A stretch of DNA of 63,560 nt from a virus (IMGVR_UViG_3300030382_003361:1-63560), one strand, 5' to 3'. Positions 1 through 10,042 are shown, numbered from the stretch's first letter. Numbers and translations are program-made. The notes: a model not told the origin generated them from the sequence alone.

Positions 1-207
1 ATCCTTATCCATTACCAAGCCGCCATAAACATAAGACACTAAAGTGTTGATAGGTAGGGCATTAATGTTTTTCTCAATAAAGTCAGCAATCTTAATTCCA
101 GTGGGGATTTCAATTTGATATAAAGTGGAAACAAAATCTTTGCCCACTTCGTAATCTCTATTTTTAATATTAATATCAGCTACTGTATACCTCCGTTTTA
201 ACTCCAT
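1..207 (-). CDS. 5' part of a 116-aa hypothetical protein spanning the circular junction (continues 63553..63410)
   Basis: Hand translation MELKRRYTVAD...YGGLVMDKD is open to position 1. Confidence 0.75.
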   Translation of the reverse strand, partial: MELKRRYTVADINIKNRDYEVGKDFVSTLYQIEIPTGIKIADFIEKNINALPINTLVSYVYGGLVMDKD

Positions 208-415
208 GATTATTTAATTCTTTTAATCTATACTCTTGAATTTTAGACAACTTTCCCCCTGTTTTTTTGACTTCCGAAAAAAGAACCGGGCAATTGGGAG
301 GGATAGCTATTAAATCTGGTATCCCATTTTTATTAGTCTTCATTAACTTAATAACATAATACCCTTCAGCTTCTAATTCTTTTATTCTTTTGCGCTGAAC
401 TTGCTGTTCGGTCAT
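176..415 (-). CDS. VRR-NUC family nuclease
   Basis: GIPDL...FSEVK...LSKIQEYR motifs; adjacent to helicase. Confidence 0.85.
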   Translation of the reverse strand: MTEQQVQRKRIKELEAEGYYVIKLMKTNKNGIPDLIAIPPNCPVLFSEVKKTGGKLSKIQEYRLKELNNHGVKTEVYSS

Positions 416-416
416 T

Positions 417-1649
417 CTACAAAGTTAATAAATCTCGCTTAAAGTGATTAAGGGTGTAGTCTTTCTTTTTTACAACAGCTTTGTAAATATCATCTTCTAT
501 TCCGTTTTCACTGAATATCCAGTAAATTTTATTATACAATCTGTCTTTAGTTGTCATACGATCACGGCTTTGCCAGTAGGAGGTGGCGCTAAAATCTATA
601 TTGTAATACACTAAGGCTTGTGCTTTGCGTAAACTAATCCCCTCTCTCCCGCTTACAATTTGCAGAGCGATATTTTTATGAGTAGTATTAAAGCATTCTA
701 AATCTACACATATATCATCGCCAAATACTTTTTTTAACGCATTTAATTCTTCTTTGAATTTGTAAAATATCCCTATTTTTTTATTGCGAAAATGTTTTTT
801 AATAAACTTAGCCTTGGAATAATCAACCACCATAGATTGGCCACTTTCAAATTTTATTGTCCCTGAATAGAGTTGGTGAAGTTTAGTCATGAGTTTAACC
901 GCTGTGTCCGCCAGAATAACTTCTGCCTCTCCTTCTACTACTAAGTCTCGTTTTAATTTACGGATTAAACCCATAGTAGTATCATCTATAGTCACGCGTA
1001 AAACCTCCTCAGAAGTCTTTGTAATGAATCCTGCGCGCTTTTGAGTGTAATTAAGGGTGTAACCCTTCATAGCATCTAAAATGCTTCTTAAGCCCTTAGA
1101 ATAATCATTTACATACATACTCCCTATTTTCCTTTGGTTTACTTTTACATAAGTTTTAGCGAAAGCATAAAAGTTTTTGCAGTTGCTAAAAGGGTTGTTG
1201 GTTATCCCGTATACTTGATGATACATCTGGCTGTAAGATTCGGGAGTGGGAGTACCGCTCATTAAAATAACATAAGGACTGGATCGCCGGATAATTTCTT
1301 TCACTTGTTTAGACCGTTTATTAGGCTTAGGGAAAGCGCCCAATGAATGAGCTTCGTCACACACAATTAAATCCCAGCCCGTTTGTTTGATTTTATGTAA
1401 GGACTCATAATTAATAACTGTTAGCTCAAAAGCGGGGCTAAGCATAGTATAATCATACTCAATACTTGAAATAGCTTTTTTCTTCGTAATAAATAATACG
1501 CTATTCACTTCTAATTTTTGTGCAATACCAAAGCTGGTTAGGGTTTTTCCGGTTCTCACTTCCATAGCTAAATATAAAAACGAGGAGGATCGTAGAATGG
1601 TAGTCCCTTTACCTATTAATTCTACCTGGTAATCTCTAAACTCCATCAT
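417..1649 (-). CDS. SF2 (SNF2-like) DEAH helicase
   Basis: RDYQ Q-motif, TGKT, CDEAH, SGTP, QSRDR. Confidence 0.88.
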   Translation of the reverse strand: MMEFRDYQVELIGKGTTILRSSSFLYLAMEVRTGKTLTSFGIAQKLEVNSVLFITKKKAISSIEYDYTMLSPAFELTVINYESLHKIKQTGWDLIVCDEAHSLGAFPKPNKRSKQVKEIIRRSSPYVILMSGTPTPESYSQMYHQVYGITNNPFSNCKNFYAFAKTYVKVNQRKIGSMYVNDYSKGLRSILDAMKGYTLNYTQKRAGFITKTSEEVLRVTIDDTTMGLIRKLKRDLVVEGEAEVILADTAVKLMTKLHQLYSGTIKFESGQSMVVDYSKAKFIKKHFRNKKIGIFYKFKEELNALKKVFGDDICVDLECFNTTHKNIALQIVSGREGISLRKAQALVYYNIDFSATSYWQSRDRMTTKDRLYNKIYWIFSENGIEDDIYKAVVKKKDYTLNHFKRDLLTL

Positions 1650-4057
1650 AAATCTAATGCGCTCTCGGTTTCATAAAAGTGAGGGGTAACAAATTCAATC
1701 CACCTACCTACATTATCGCGTCCTTCAGAGGGAGGGCAGTTAAACTGAAAAAGAGAGTAGGCTACCAGCCATTTATTAAATCTGTTTCTACTAATGGTCA
1801 TTTTAGCCTTTGGAGCAAAATCAGGGTTTTCATCTATAAAGTCTAAATATAAATCATTTTTATAGATGCGCTGTTTGGTTATTAGTTTAGTGTTTTTCTG
1901 ACCCCCAATTACTCCGCACCACTCCACAAACTCATGGCAGGTTTCAGCAGAAAGTTTTCGGGTTTTAAGGTTAACAAACTCACTTTTTAATAAGCCGTTC
2001 TCTAAATATAATTGTAGGCATTTTACCATATAGTTATCAAATTGACACCATTGGTTATCATCCCATTCTCCAAACATTAATTTGCCAAATTCTACTAATG
2101 GAGTAAAGTCTTTGGTATAAAACTGACTTAATTCTAATTCCCACTTTCGTCTTTCAAAAGACGATCCCTTCCCTTTTATAGCATAATTGGTAGTAATAGC
2201 GACCTTAGGAGATTTATGAAAAGGAATTTTAATAGCATCTTTATTTTTCTTTTCTAAGGTTAACCCTTCTGTTACTACGCTAAATAATCTTTCGAAATCA
2301 AAATTTCTCTTTACATCATCAAAACATAAAATTTGAGTATCGGCTGAGACTAACTGATAAGCAAAAGATTTTTCAAAGTTAAATTGCTTTCCATCTATTA
2401 CTACTAATTTTTTCATGTGAGACAATCCAGTCATAAACAACCCTTTGCCAGTTCCTCCCTCGGGATTATCGGAAATTAATTCATCATTTAAGATGGTCGC
2501 AGGACAATAAGAAAGGTTTTTCCACCCATGAAGGAGAAATCCTATTGTAGACCTCATGGAGCGAATACGCTGTTCAGTAGCGCCTGCAATATTGGAAATA
2601 AATACTTCGTAATCACACTCCGCAATATCACACATATCAAATACCCTATCTATAACATGATCTTTCCATACATATCCTCCTAAATCTAAGTAGTCTATAG
2701 GAAGAACCTCATCTTTTGTTACCTTAACGGCACAATTTTTGTAGTATAAATAGGCAGTGTCTTTTGTGTCTTCTATAAAATAAACATCAATAGAAGAAAG
2801 GAGGGTTAAAAATTCTTCTCTAAAATATCTCGTTCGTTCTGCAAAAAAATTATAGACACTGGTATCTTCAACATCCAGTAAATAATCTAATACAAAATCT
2901 TTTATTTCTTTTTCGGAAGTATGGTCAATTAAATTGTTAGTGACTTTTACGAATACATAATTCTTACTCCCTTCAGGGTTAAACTTATAAAACCCATTAT
3001 CTTCTAAAAACATTTTAAAAGTGATGTGAATTATTCTAATAACCCCCTTTTCGTTCTTACTCCAAAATTTTTGATCAGCTTGTTCCTCTTCTAACCTTTT
3101 GACTACATGTTCTATTACACTAACCTCTACACTTTTGTCTCCGCTAAGTTCTGCTTGTATTTCTTTTTTAGAAACCCCTCTTCTTAATTGTTGCTTAACG
3201 GTATTTACTTTGTCTTCGTCTTCATAGTATTTTGTACCAAAATTTTGTTGTTGTTCGTAAGCAGAATTAATAGTGCGCTCTATTTCGTTTTTAGAAAAAT
3301 CTGAAGAATCAAAACTACTCATTACATATTCGGCTAAAGTTTTAGAAATTCCAAAATCATTAAAAGCTGCCGCTAAAATATATACATTGTTATTTCTTTC
3401 TCCACTCTTGAGGCCATATTTTCTTTCCCACCATTTCATTAGAATATCCACTATTTTATTTTCATTTGTAATAGGAATTGTTTGAATATCTTTATGCTTA
3501 ACTACTTCTTGGTATTGGTGTTCGGTAATTTGATTCCACACACTGGACTGTTCGTTAATAAAAATTAACGGATCGTAGGACTCATAACATACGCGAGATA
3601 AATTTTTACAAGTGGTATCAAAATAAGGAGAATTAAAATGCTTTTCTAAGGAATTAAAAAAGCTTCGATGATTATCTTCTTCATCCGGAATCTTAACTAA
3701 TACTTTTAATCCTAATCCGCTTGGGGATATAAAAACAGAGTAAGTATATCTGTCTTTGGTCAGTCTTTCTTTTTCTTCTAATAAGAGTTTATCACTTTCA
3801 TACCCATCAAAATCTAAACAAATCAATCCACTATGGGTTTCTAAAGAACTATCATTTCTTTTTGTAAATTTACCACTGAAACAAATTGCCGGTAATGTCT
3901 GCTTTAATAAATTTCTTAGTGTCTTATCTTTTTCTTCTCGTATTTTTTTTACTACTTCTTTTGATGACCCCTCTTGTATTCGTTTTAATACTATACTTAC
4001 ATCTCTGTAAAAAGGCTGGGCGGTGTCCTTTATGTCCTTAAAAATTGTGATTTCCAT
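1646..4057 (-). CDS. Primase-helicase (BT4734/VirE-N-like N-terminus, PriCT, P-loop helicase)
   Basis: CLDFD, SPSGLGLK, GERNN, Walker A GGTGKG, Walker B CFDD. Confidence 0.85.
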   Translation of the reverse strand: MEITIFKDIKDTAQPFYRDVSIVLKRIQEGSSKEVVKKIREEKDKTLRNLLKQTLPAICFSGKFTKRNDSSLETHSGLICLDFDGYESDKLLLEEKERLTKDRYTYSVFISPSGLGLKVLVKIPDEEDNHRSFFNSLEKHFNSPYFDTTCKNLSRVCYESYDPLIFINEQSSVWNQITEHQYQEVVKHKDIQTIPITNENKIVDILMKWWERKYGLKSGERNNNVYILAAAFNDFGISKTLAEYVMSSFDSSDFSKNEIERTINSAYEQQQNFGTKYYEDEDKVNTVKQQLRRGVSKKEIQAELSGDKSVEVSVIEHVVKRLEEEQADQKFWSKNEKGVIRIIHITFKMFLEDNGFYKFNPEGSKNYVFVKVTNNLIDHTSEKEIKDFVLDYLLDVEDTSVYNFFAERTRYFREEFLTLLSSIDVYFIEDTKDTAYLYYKNCAVKVTKDEVLPIDYLDLGGYVWKDHVIDRVFDMCDIAECDYEVFISNIAGATEQRIRSMRSTIGFLLHGWKNLSYCPATILNDELISDNPEGGTGKGLFMTGLSHMKKLVVIDGKQFNFEKSFAYQLVSADTQILCFDDVKRNFDFERLFSVVTEGLTLEKKNKDAIKIPFHKSPKVAITTNYAIKGKGSSFERRKWELELSQFYTKDFTPLVEFGKLMFGEWDDNQWCQFDNYMVKCLQLYLENGLLKSEFVNLKTRKLSAETCHEFVEWCGVIGGQKNTKLITKQRIYKNDLYLDFIDENPDFAPKAKMTISRNRFNKWLVAYSLFQFNCPPSEGRDNVGRWIEFVTPHFYETESALDL

Positions 4058-4061
4058 TTAT

Positions 4062-4245
4062 TAGTGTCGGTTCTGTGTCGATTTAGTGTCGACTTATTTT
4101 TTCTAACTTATTGATTATTAATTATTTAGTTTTTTTAGTGTCGAAATGTTGAAAATAAATAAAAAAATATAAAAAAGTAGTAACTAAATATATATTTTTT
4201 TCGTAAAACAAAAGAAGTGAAGGATAAACCGACACCACGACACTA
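4062..4245. repeat. Iteron-like locus A (GTGTCG x4 direct, CGACAC x2 inverted, AT-rich); putative origin
   Basis: Copies at 4062, 4075, 4084, 4136; inverted at 4230, 4238; immediately upstream of the primase gene. Confidence 0.75.
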
Positions 4246-4277
4246 AAAAGAAAAGGGGAAAACCCCCTTTCTTTTAG
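4243..4277. terminator. Intrinsic terminator-like hairpin, possibly bidirectional
   Basis: AAAAGAAAAGGGG-AAAA-CCCCCTTTCTTTT downstream of the SSB gene. Confidence 0.7.
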
Positions 4278-4298
4278 AGCGAACTACCACAACATGTA

Positions 4299-4589
4299 TT
4301 AAAATGGTAAGTCCCCTTGCTCTGCCTCTGCAGGTGTATCAGAGACAGCTTCTTCTTTTTTGTGATTTGGATCAGGCTTAAAAGTATCTACCGCTACATA
4401 ATGAGTTTTCCCATACTGATCGGTTTCCCTTTTTTGTTGAACCACTAACTTAATGTATTTTTTACCGTCATACTCAAACATGTGCTCTTGGGGTAAATCA
4501 GTTAAACATACACTACATGCAATTAAGTTTCCTTCAAATTTAGAAACTCCACTGCCTACATAAATTTTTTCTTCATTTGTCTTTTCCAT
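4299..4589 (-). CDS. Putative single-stranded DNA-binding protein
   Basis: Acidic tail ending DLPF; in recombination cluster. Confidence 0.65.
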   Translation of the reverse strand: MEKTNEEKIYVGSGVSKFEGNLIACSVCLTDLPQEHMFEYDGKKYIKLVVQQKRETDQYGKTHYVAVDTFKPDPNHKKEEAVSDTPAEAEQGDLPF

Positions 4590-4788
4590 AATTATTATTT
4601 AATAAAATTTGTTCCAACAATTTTTTAGTTGCGAGGTAGCATTGGGCTGCCTCTTTTTGAGACTTATGATCGGTTGGAACTTGCAACCATATTGCTCGTT
4701 TTTTCCTCCGCTTAATCCATTTAAGCGTGTAATCAAAGAATTTCACGGTGGATATAATTTTCAATATCTTCTGTCGGGTTATCTCCAT
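4573..4788 (-). CDS. Hypothetical protein overlapping both neighbours
   Basis: Fills the gap between nuclease and SSB; start uncertain. Confidence 0.5.
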   Translation of the reverse strand: MEITRQKILKIISTVKFFDYTLKWIKRRKKRAIWLQVPTDHKSQKEAAQCYLATKKLLEQILLNNNYGKDK

Positions 4789-5470
4789 AAAACTTATTAT
4801 ATACTTCTATAGCTTTCTCTACTTTATCTTTTCCATACTCTAAAAAAGTAGGGGAAGGATAAAAGATTCCTAATTCGAAAGTGAGTTTGTCTACTACATA
4901 AAAGACTAACGGTTTATCAAAAAACTGTTGATATAAATAAGCTTGACTATCATAATTGTATTTTCTTGCGCTATACTTAAAGTCTTTTATATTAGAGGTA
5001 GTTTTAAGATCTATTAACTTATCTGAACAAACTATATCTGCCTTCCCTTTCCATAACATCCCCATAACTTCATGTATTACAGGTACTTCAAACGCATTAT
5101 CGTCAGAATAAATAGCTTCATAAAACTCTAAATTATTCTTCATGCAGTGGATTGCTTTATTTATTTCCTCTCTTTCTTTTAGCAACATCATGATAGGGTT
5201 GTTATGTTTTACCACCTCTTCTTTGTAAAGTTTAGTATTTCTACTGGAGGCCTCTATACTCCAGTACTCTTTATTATCTAATTTGTCAGGCTCTAACATA
5301 GCCGCGTGAAAGTATCTCCCTAATAACATTGCTTTTGTCATTTCTTTTTCTTGCCGAAAGCTTTTAGGATCATTTAATAAAGTAATAATGTCCGAGTTAG
5401 ATAAGTATTGCTTTCCAAAATCTCCGTAGTAATGCTTATCTGATTTAAGTTTAGTTAATTCTTTTTCCAT
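4733..5470 (-). CDS. PD-(D/E)XK exonuclease VIII/DUF3799-like
   Basis: LSNSD, GRYFH..MLEP, KGKAD, IDLKTT, YDSQAYLY. Confidence 0.82.
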   Translation of the reverse strand: MEKELTKLKSDKHYYGDFGKQYLSNSDIITLLNDPKSFRQEKEMTKAMLLGRYFHAAMLEPDKLDNKEYWSIEASSRNTKLYKEEVVKHNNPIMMLLKEREEINKAIHCMKNNLEFYEAIYSDDNAFEVPVIHEVMGMLWKGKADIVCSDKLIDLKTTSNIKDFKYSARKYNYDSQAYLYQQFFDKPLVFYVVDKLTFELGIFYPSPTFLEYGKDKVEKAIEVYNKFYGDNPTEDIENYIHREIL

Positions 5471-6078
5471 TATTTTAGATTTTTAGAAAGTTCCTTTTTC
5501 ACATTAGCTTTAATTTTATACTTAACCTCTAAATTCTTTACCAATTTAGGAAGTCCTAAATCTTTATTGTCTGCAACATACTTTAATACCTTACCCCAAT
5601 TCTCATCCCCTATATTTAATTCAAAAGTTGTCATGCTTTTGGAATGAGGGGGTTTAGGGGTAGAAACAGGAGGGGTAATAGTTGAGGTTATATCTTCTCC
5701 TATCCATAAGGATAAACCTAATCCGTGCATAGCGCACGCTTTTGCAGTTGATCGCTGAATAGCAGTATTAACATCCATTGACGTTATCTTCTCTAATAAT
5801 ATAGAGTTGTTTCTATAGTCCATAACTGGTAGATAGTCAATGTGTTCTAAACCATCTAATGTTATTCCTACTTTTACATAAGCCGTTTTACCATCACTAA
5901 AAAAATTTAGTCCAGTATGTTCGGATTCATAAATTGTTCGTTGAGCTGTTGGGTGGTGTAATTTTACGAGCGCCCAAGCATTCGCCCACGACAGATAACT
6001 ATATTGTCCTTTTTTCTCAATCTTATCTTTAACCGAGATAGCAGATAGTTCCTTAAAAATGTTCTTTTTCTTTTCCAT
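5470..6078 (-). CDS. Sak/Rad52-like ssDNA annealing protein (DUF1071-like)
   Basis: YLSWANAW, LPVMD, NTAIQR..KACAMHGLGL. Confidence 0.85.
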   Translation of the reverse strand: MEKKKNIFKELSAISVKDKIEKKGQYSYLSWANAWALVKLHHPTAQRTIYESEHTGLNFFSDGKTAYVKVGITLDGLEHIDYLPVMDYRNNSILLEKITSMDVNTAIQRSTAKACAMHGLGLSLWIGEDITSTITPPVSTPKPPHSKSMTTFELNIGDENWGKVLKYVADNKDLGLPKLVKNLEVKYKIKANVKKELSKNLK

Positions 6079-6475
6079 TTGATTTGATTTTAGTTAGTTT
6101 ATTATTATATCCTGCATACTTTTTCACAATATTTTCCCTTTGCACTTTTAACTTTTGTATATGCTTGTCGTTTTTACGAGTATTAATTTCCTCTCTCATT
6201 CGTTCTTCTATCATCCCTAATTTTCTTTTACAATTTCCCATAGACAATCTTATTCCTCCTTCTCTCCATCCGTACTTAAAAAAAAATTTGTATTCTTTTG
6301 AGGTTAGTTCTCTAAAATAATCCCCTCCTCTCCCACAATTTAATAATTCTATTTGGGTAGAAAATTTTTGCAGTTTTACTCCGTAGTTTATCACGCTTAC
6401 TCCCGTCGGAAGCGCAGTGTGTATTGCGTCAGCGTCTTCACTTGCTTCGGTGTATATCTCTTCTAAACTATACAC
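6053..6475 (-). CDS. Hypothetical protein
   Basis: 140-aa ORF coupled to neighbours. Confidence 0.7.
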   Translation of the reverse strand: MYSLEEIYTEASEDADAIHTALPTGVSVINYGVKLQKFSTQIELLNCGRGGDYFRELTSKEYKFFFKYGWREGGIRLSMGNCKRKLGMIEERMREEINTRKNDKHIQKLKVQRENIVKKYAGYNNKLTKIKSNGKEKEHF

Positions 6476-6767
6476 TCTTTAATTCTTCCATTAAATCCTT
6501 AAAGTCCCGATCATTATCTATCATTTTTTTAGCATTCTTGTAGCCATAAATAATAGTAGAGTGGTAAATCTCATGTCCCTGTTCAGCCATAAAGCGTTGA
6601 ATGTATGAAATTCTAATAGGACGTTCCATACATAAATAGTAGAGCATTTGTCGTGCATCTACACATTCTCGTTTCCTTGTTTTGTCAAACATTTCATCTA
6701 AAGTAATATGAAATTGTTTGGCGATTGCTTTTGCGTATACATCAAAAGCCTTCTTTTTCATTTCCAT
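6468..6767 (-). CDS. DnaA C-terminal-like HTH DNA-binding protein
   Basis: RKRECVDARQMLYYL...HSTIIYG resembles DnaA domain IV. Confidence 0.7.
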   Translation of the reverse strand: MEMKKKAFDVYAKAIAKQFHITLDEMFDKTRKRECVDARQMLYYLCMERPIRISYIQRFMAEQGHEIYHSTIIYGYKNAKKMIDNDRDFKDLMEELKSV

Positions 6768-6790
6768 TTTTTTGTTTTTTAAGTTAGGCG

Positions 6791-6798
6791 CAAATATA
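6791..6798 (-). promoter_or_regulatory. Bacteroidota -7 box (TATATTTG) for the replication operon
   Basis: CAAATATA on + strand, 23 nt upstream of the ATG at 6767. Confidence 0.65.
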
Positions 6799-6888
6799 AT
6801 TATTTAATATAACTTTTGCAAGTTTTGTGTATTGTTTTTTTATTTTCCCTATAAATTTTTATTCACAAGATGTGCACTAATGGAGTAA

Positions 6889-7152
6889 TCAACCCTCTTT
6901 TTTACACTGCACTCTGTATAATATAAGATAACCTATTAAATCAAGCATTGTATCCTCTGTTTTATCATTGAGCCCTACTGATTTTATCCTACTTAATTTA
7001 TCGTCTATACGAGCAAGTATTCCCTCTTTTGGCGATAATTTTGAAAAGATTTGTGGGGGATCGTTAGCCGTATCTCCGTATGCTTTATTTTTTTCTAACA
7101 ATAAGGCGACTACTTCTCTGCCTACTTCTTTAATTAACTCATCTGTTTTCAT
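6889..7152 (-). CDS. DUF1599/nucleotide-modification-associated domain protein
   Basis: KNKAYGD, RIDDKLSRI, DTMLDLIGY. Confidence 0.75.
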   Translation of the reverse strand: MKTDELIKEVGREVVALLLEKNKAYGDTANDPPQIFSKLSPKEGILARIDDKLSRIKSVGLNDKTEDTMLDLIGYLILYRVQCKKEG

Positions 7153-7307
7153 TTTAATTTACTGGTTAAGGTTTTGCGTTGAGATAATAGTTGTTTAGTT
7201 TCTTCCTCATTCTCTCTTATTTTCTTTTTCTTTAACCTACCATCTATCTTGTTAATCTCATGAAAGATAGCCATCCTACTATTTGTTTTTCCCTTTCTTT
7301 TACTCAT
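7149..7307 (-). CDS. Small basic hypothetical protein, 52 aa (below track cutoff)
   Basis: MSKRKGKTNSR...TSKLK; ATGA overlap with next gene. Confidence 0.6.
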   Translation of the reverse strand: MSKRKGKTNSRMAIFHEINKIDGRLKKKKIRENEEETKQLLSQRKTLTSKLK

Positions 7308-7309
7308 AA

Positions 7310-7606
7310 TTATTTATTTTTTTCGTTCATATACTCTTTTAATCTATCGCACATTTTATTTTTCCATATCAGTTTTTCTACAATCTCCGTGTCCTCCTCT
7401 ACTTTTCCACTATACTTAAAATAGTTGTCAAGTTCTATTGTGTTCTCTCGGTAAAGTCTTTCTAAAAAATTTTGTTGTCTCACTTCTTGTATAAACTGAT
7501 CGGTTAATTCTTTTTTATCGCTTAATTGTTGTAGCCATTGTATGTATTCTTTGTTTGGCTCTTTTTTCCTTTTCTCTTTTAAGATTAAATCATCTATGTC
7601 TTTCAT
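7310..7606 (-). CDS. Hypothetical protein
   Basis: Tightly packed ORF. Confidence 0.65.
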   Translation of the reverse strand: MKDIDDLILKEKRKKEPNKEYIQWLQQLSDKKELTDQFIQEVRQQNFLERLYRENTIELDNYFKYSGKVEEDTEIVEKLIWKNKMCDRLKEYMNEKNK

Positions 7607-7623
7607 ATTTTTTTAGGTTTTAG

Positions 7624-7860
7624 TTAATCAATAAGTTCTACATTTTGTGGATCAATATAGTTAGGATGTCCTTTTTCATCTTCTAAATGAAAATACCATA
7701 TCGGTATATCCCCAGTTCCCTCTAACATTTCTTGTAGGGTAATTGTTATTTCCCCATCACAAGAGAGTTCCTCTGCTACTCTTTTTCCCCAATAAAGATA
7801 ATCATCTTTGTCGGAAAACATATAATCAACAAAGGTTGCTTTGTTTAGTTTGTATTTCAT
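7624..7860 (-). CDS. Hypothetical acidic protein
   Basis: Tightly packed ORF with A-rich leader. Confidence 0.65.
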   Translation of the reverse strand: MKYKLNKATFVDYMFSDKDDYLYWGKRVAEELSCDGEITITLQEMLEGTGDIPIWYFHLEDEKGHPNYIDPQNVELID

Positions 7861-7861
7861 T

Positions 7862-8035
7862 TTATTTAGTTTTAGTAAAATTATTTTTATTTATTATTGT
7901 TGATATTCTTCCACTTGTTTTCCACAACCTCAATTCTTTTTCTCCAAACATATTCACTACTTTATAGTAGTATTTAGGAGTTTCTAAAACTTTTGCGTTT
8001 GAACAAGTGGCGTTAAACTCTCTTTTGTTTTCCAT
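7862..8035 (-). CDS. Hypothetical protein, 57 aa (below track cutoff)
   Basis: MENKREFNATCS...NFTKTK fills the gap exactly. Confidence 0.6.
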   Translation of the reverse strand: MENKREFNATCSNAKVLETPKYYYKVVNMFGEKELRLWKTSGRISTIINKNNFTKTK

Positions 8036-8047
8036 AGTTATTTAGTT

Positions 8048-8254
8048 TTAGTTATACAATTCAATTTCAGTAAAGATAAAGTCCATATTTTCCTCCATAC
8101 TCTCCTCTAACAAACTCTCCTCACTGGTATCTCTATCCTCGTTTTGTTCTTTAATGTATTTTTTCCATCCTTTTTCGGTAAACACTCCTTCTGACTTCCT
8201 ACCATCATACATACATTCGTATTCTACCAAGTAATAAGTTTCTTTCTTTTTCAT
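8048..8254 (-). CDS. Hypothetical acidic protein
   Basis: Packed ORF. Confidence 0.65.
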   Translation of the reverse strand: MKKKETYYLVEYECMYDGRKSEGVFTEKGWKKYIKEQNEDRDTSEESLLEESMEENMDFIFTEIELYN

Positions 8255-8271
8255 TTTATTTGGTTTTTAGT

Positions 8272-8934
8272 TTATATGCTTGTTATTACTTCCTCACATA
8301 ATTGTTGAGGTATCTTACTTCGTTCATAATTTCCTTTTAATCCCTGTGTACCTGTTTGACTTCCTCGTGGAGCAGAAATATGGCACGAATCCCCATTTTT
8401 ACACATAGGTTTTGGTTTCCACCTGTAATTGTTAGTCCATATATCAGTTGGTTTCATTCTTTCATCTCCATATTGACAATAAGTTAAACTATGTCTAATA
8501 CAATCCATATCATCCCATTGTGGGGCTTTTCTCATCTTCCCTCTTGGGTTTTCTACCCACCATATAAGGTTAGGGTTAAGTTTAAGATACTCTTTAATTA
8601 TTTCCATTGTCTTACGCATAATCTCTATACCTAATTTGGCTGAATCAGTTTTAGGAGTAAAAATTTCTCCCTTTACCCAATTCCTGCCTATACAAGCAAC
8701 ACTAAATGCAGTACAGGGAGGAGAAGCCCATATAACATCAGGAATGTAAAATTCATCTAATTCTCCCACTTGCATTTCATTTAATCGGTAGTCCCAATCT
8801 AAAATATCTCCCACCCAATTTGTTTGTGGAAAATCTTGAATATCAACTGAAAAGACTTCCATTCCTTTGCTTTCAGCAACTTTTCCAATGGATCTTGAGC
8901 CACTAAATAATTCTAATACTTTATATTTTTTCAT
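8272..8934 (-). CDS. Compact C5-cytosine DNA methyltransferase
   Basis: LELFSG (motif I), ASPPC (IV), VENP (VI). Confidence 0.85.
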   Translation of the reverse strand: MKKYKVLELFSGSRSIGKVAESKGMEVFSVDIQDFPQTNWVGDILDWDYRLNEMQVGELDEFYIPDVIWASPPCTAFSVACIGRNWVKGEIFTPKTDSAKLGIEIMRKTMEIIKEYLKLNPNLIWWVENPRGKMRKAPQWDDMDCIRHSLTYCQYGDERMKPTDIWTNNYRWKPKPMCKNGDSCHISAPRGSQTGTQGLKGNYERSKIPQQLCEEVITSI

Positions 8935-8942
8935 TAGTTTAT

Positions 8943-9710
8943 TTAATTTTTAGTTAATTCAACATCTACAGAGTCAAAAGAATCAATATATTCTTTGGCT
9001 TCTTCTAATGTTTTGCCAATATATTCATATCCATAATCTAAATAATACCCTACCCCACTTTCATAATTAGGGTGTTCTTCCTTTAATTTAACAAGATACT
9101 CTCCTTTATATTCTATATCTTCACTCCATATAGGGACATCATACTCACACTCATCTATAACTTTTCCATCCTCTACATCTAATTCTCCTCCCCATCCCTG
9201 TTCCTCCTCGTAATGATAATGAAAAGATGGGAAATCCCTCATAAACATTTCTAATATATTATCTGCTATAGGACTCCACGCAGTTTCAAACCTTAAAGAT
9301 TTAAAATTTCTTCCCCCTTTGTCTAAAACAAAGGGGAATGTTTCATCATTAATTTCCAAACTACAATCTCCCCATTTTGTTCCCCAATTCGTGCAACTCC
9401 AATCATACCAGTTATTTGATCCAAATTTTTTAATAAGGTTGTCGGACATCTTTTGGGTTATACCTTTGTCTAACCATAAGTGTTCTCCTTCTTTATGTTC
9501 TTTTAATTTCTTTTTATTCTCTTTCTCTTGTTTTTCAAACTCTTTTTTAGATATGATTGTTGGTGGACATTGTGTATTATCCATCTCATTTGGGCGTGGA
9601 ATGTAATAATCACAAATTGATTTTGATTTTTCTATTTCCTTTAATATCTTTTCTTGTTTTTTTGTAAGTGGAGTAGATATTGAAATCCCACTATAAACCC
9701 AGTTTGGCAT
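8943..9710 (-). CDS. YubB/DUF1281-like ferredoxin-fold protein
   Basis: MPNW start, WYDW...WGTKW, FETAWSP. Confidence 0.75.
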   Translation of the reverse strand: MPNWVYSGISISTPLTKKQEKILKEIEKSKSICDYYIPRPNEMDNTQCPPTIISKKEFEKQEKENKKKLKEHKEGEHLWLDKGITQKMSDNLIKKFGSNNWYDWSCTNWGTKWGDCSLEINDETFPFVLDKGGRNFKSLRFETAWSPIADNILEMFMRDFPSFHYHYEEEQGWGGELDVEDGKVIDECEYDVPIWSEDIEYKGEYLVKLKEEHPNYESGVGYYLDYGYEYIGKTLEEAKEYIDSFDSVDVELTKN

Positions 9711-9823
9711 AATTTTGTTGTTTTAATTAGTTATTATTTGTTGTTTTAATTGTTAAAAATTAGTGTGTTATTTCTCGGACAATTCCATAAACATAGTTTT
9801 TTTATACTTGTCTCACTAATTTA

Positions 9824-10042
9824 TTACTCATCTCTCATATCTTCCAAATAGTTTTCTCTTTGTGTGGCTTCATATTCATAATCCTCTACTGCTTCACAAT
9901 ACTCATTGCACTCACTACATAATAGTTTGTTCTCATTAAACATTTCACTAAACATTTCTTCATAATCTGAACCACAGCAATCGCTTACCATACTACACCC
10001 CTCATCATCAGGGGACATTAATTTCCAGTTATCGTAATTCAT
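9824..10042 (-). CDS. Small acidic Zn-ribbon-like protein
   Basis: SDCCG...CSECNEYC. Confidence 0.65.
   Translation of the reverse strand: MNYDNWKLMSPDDEGCSMVSDCCGSDYEEMFSEMFNENKLLCSECNEYCEAVEDYEYEATQRENYLEDMRDE

Noticed and set aside
4062-4245. GTGTCG repeats as a CRISPR array
   Set aside because: Repeats are 6-9 nt, irregularly spaced, partly inverted; no cas genes
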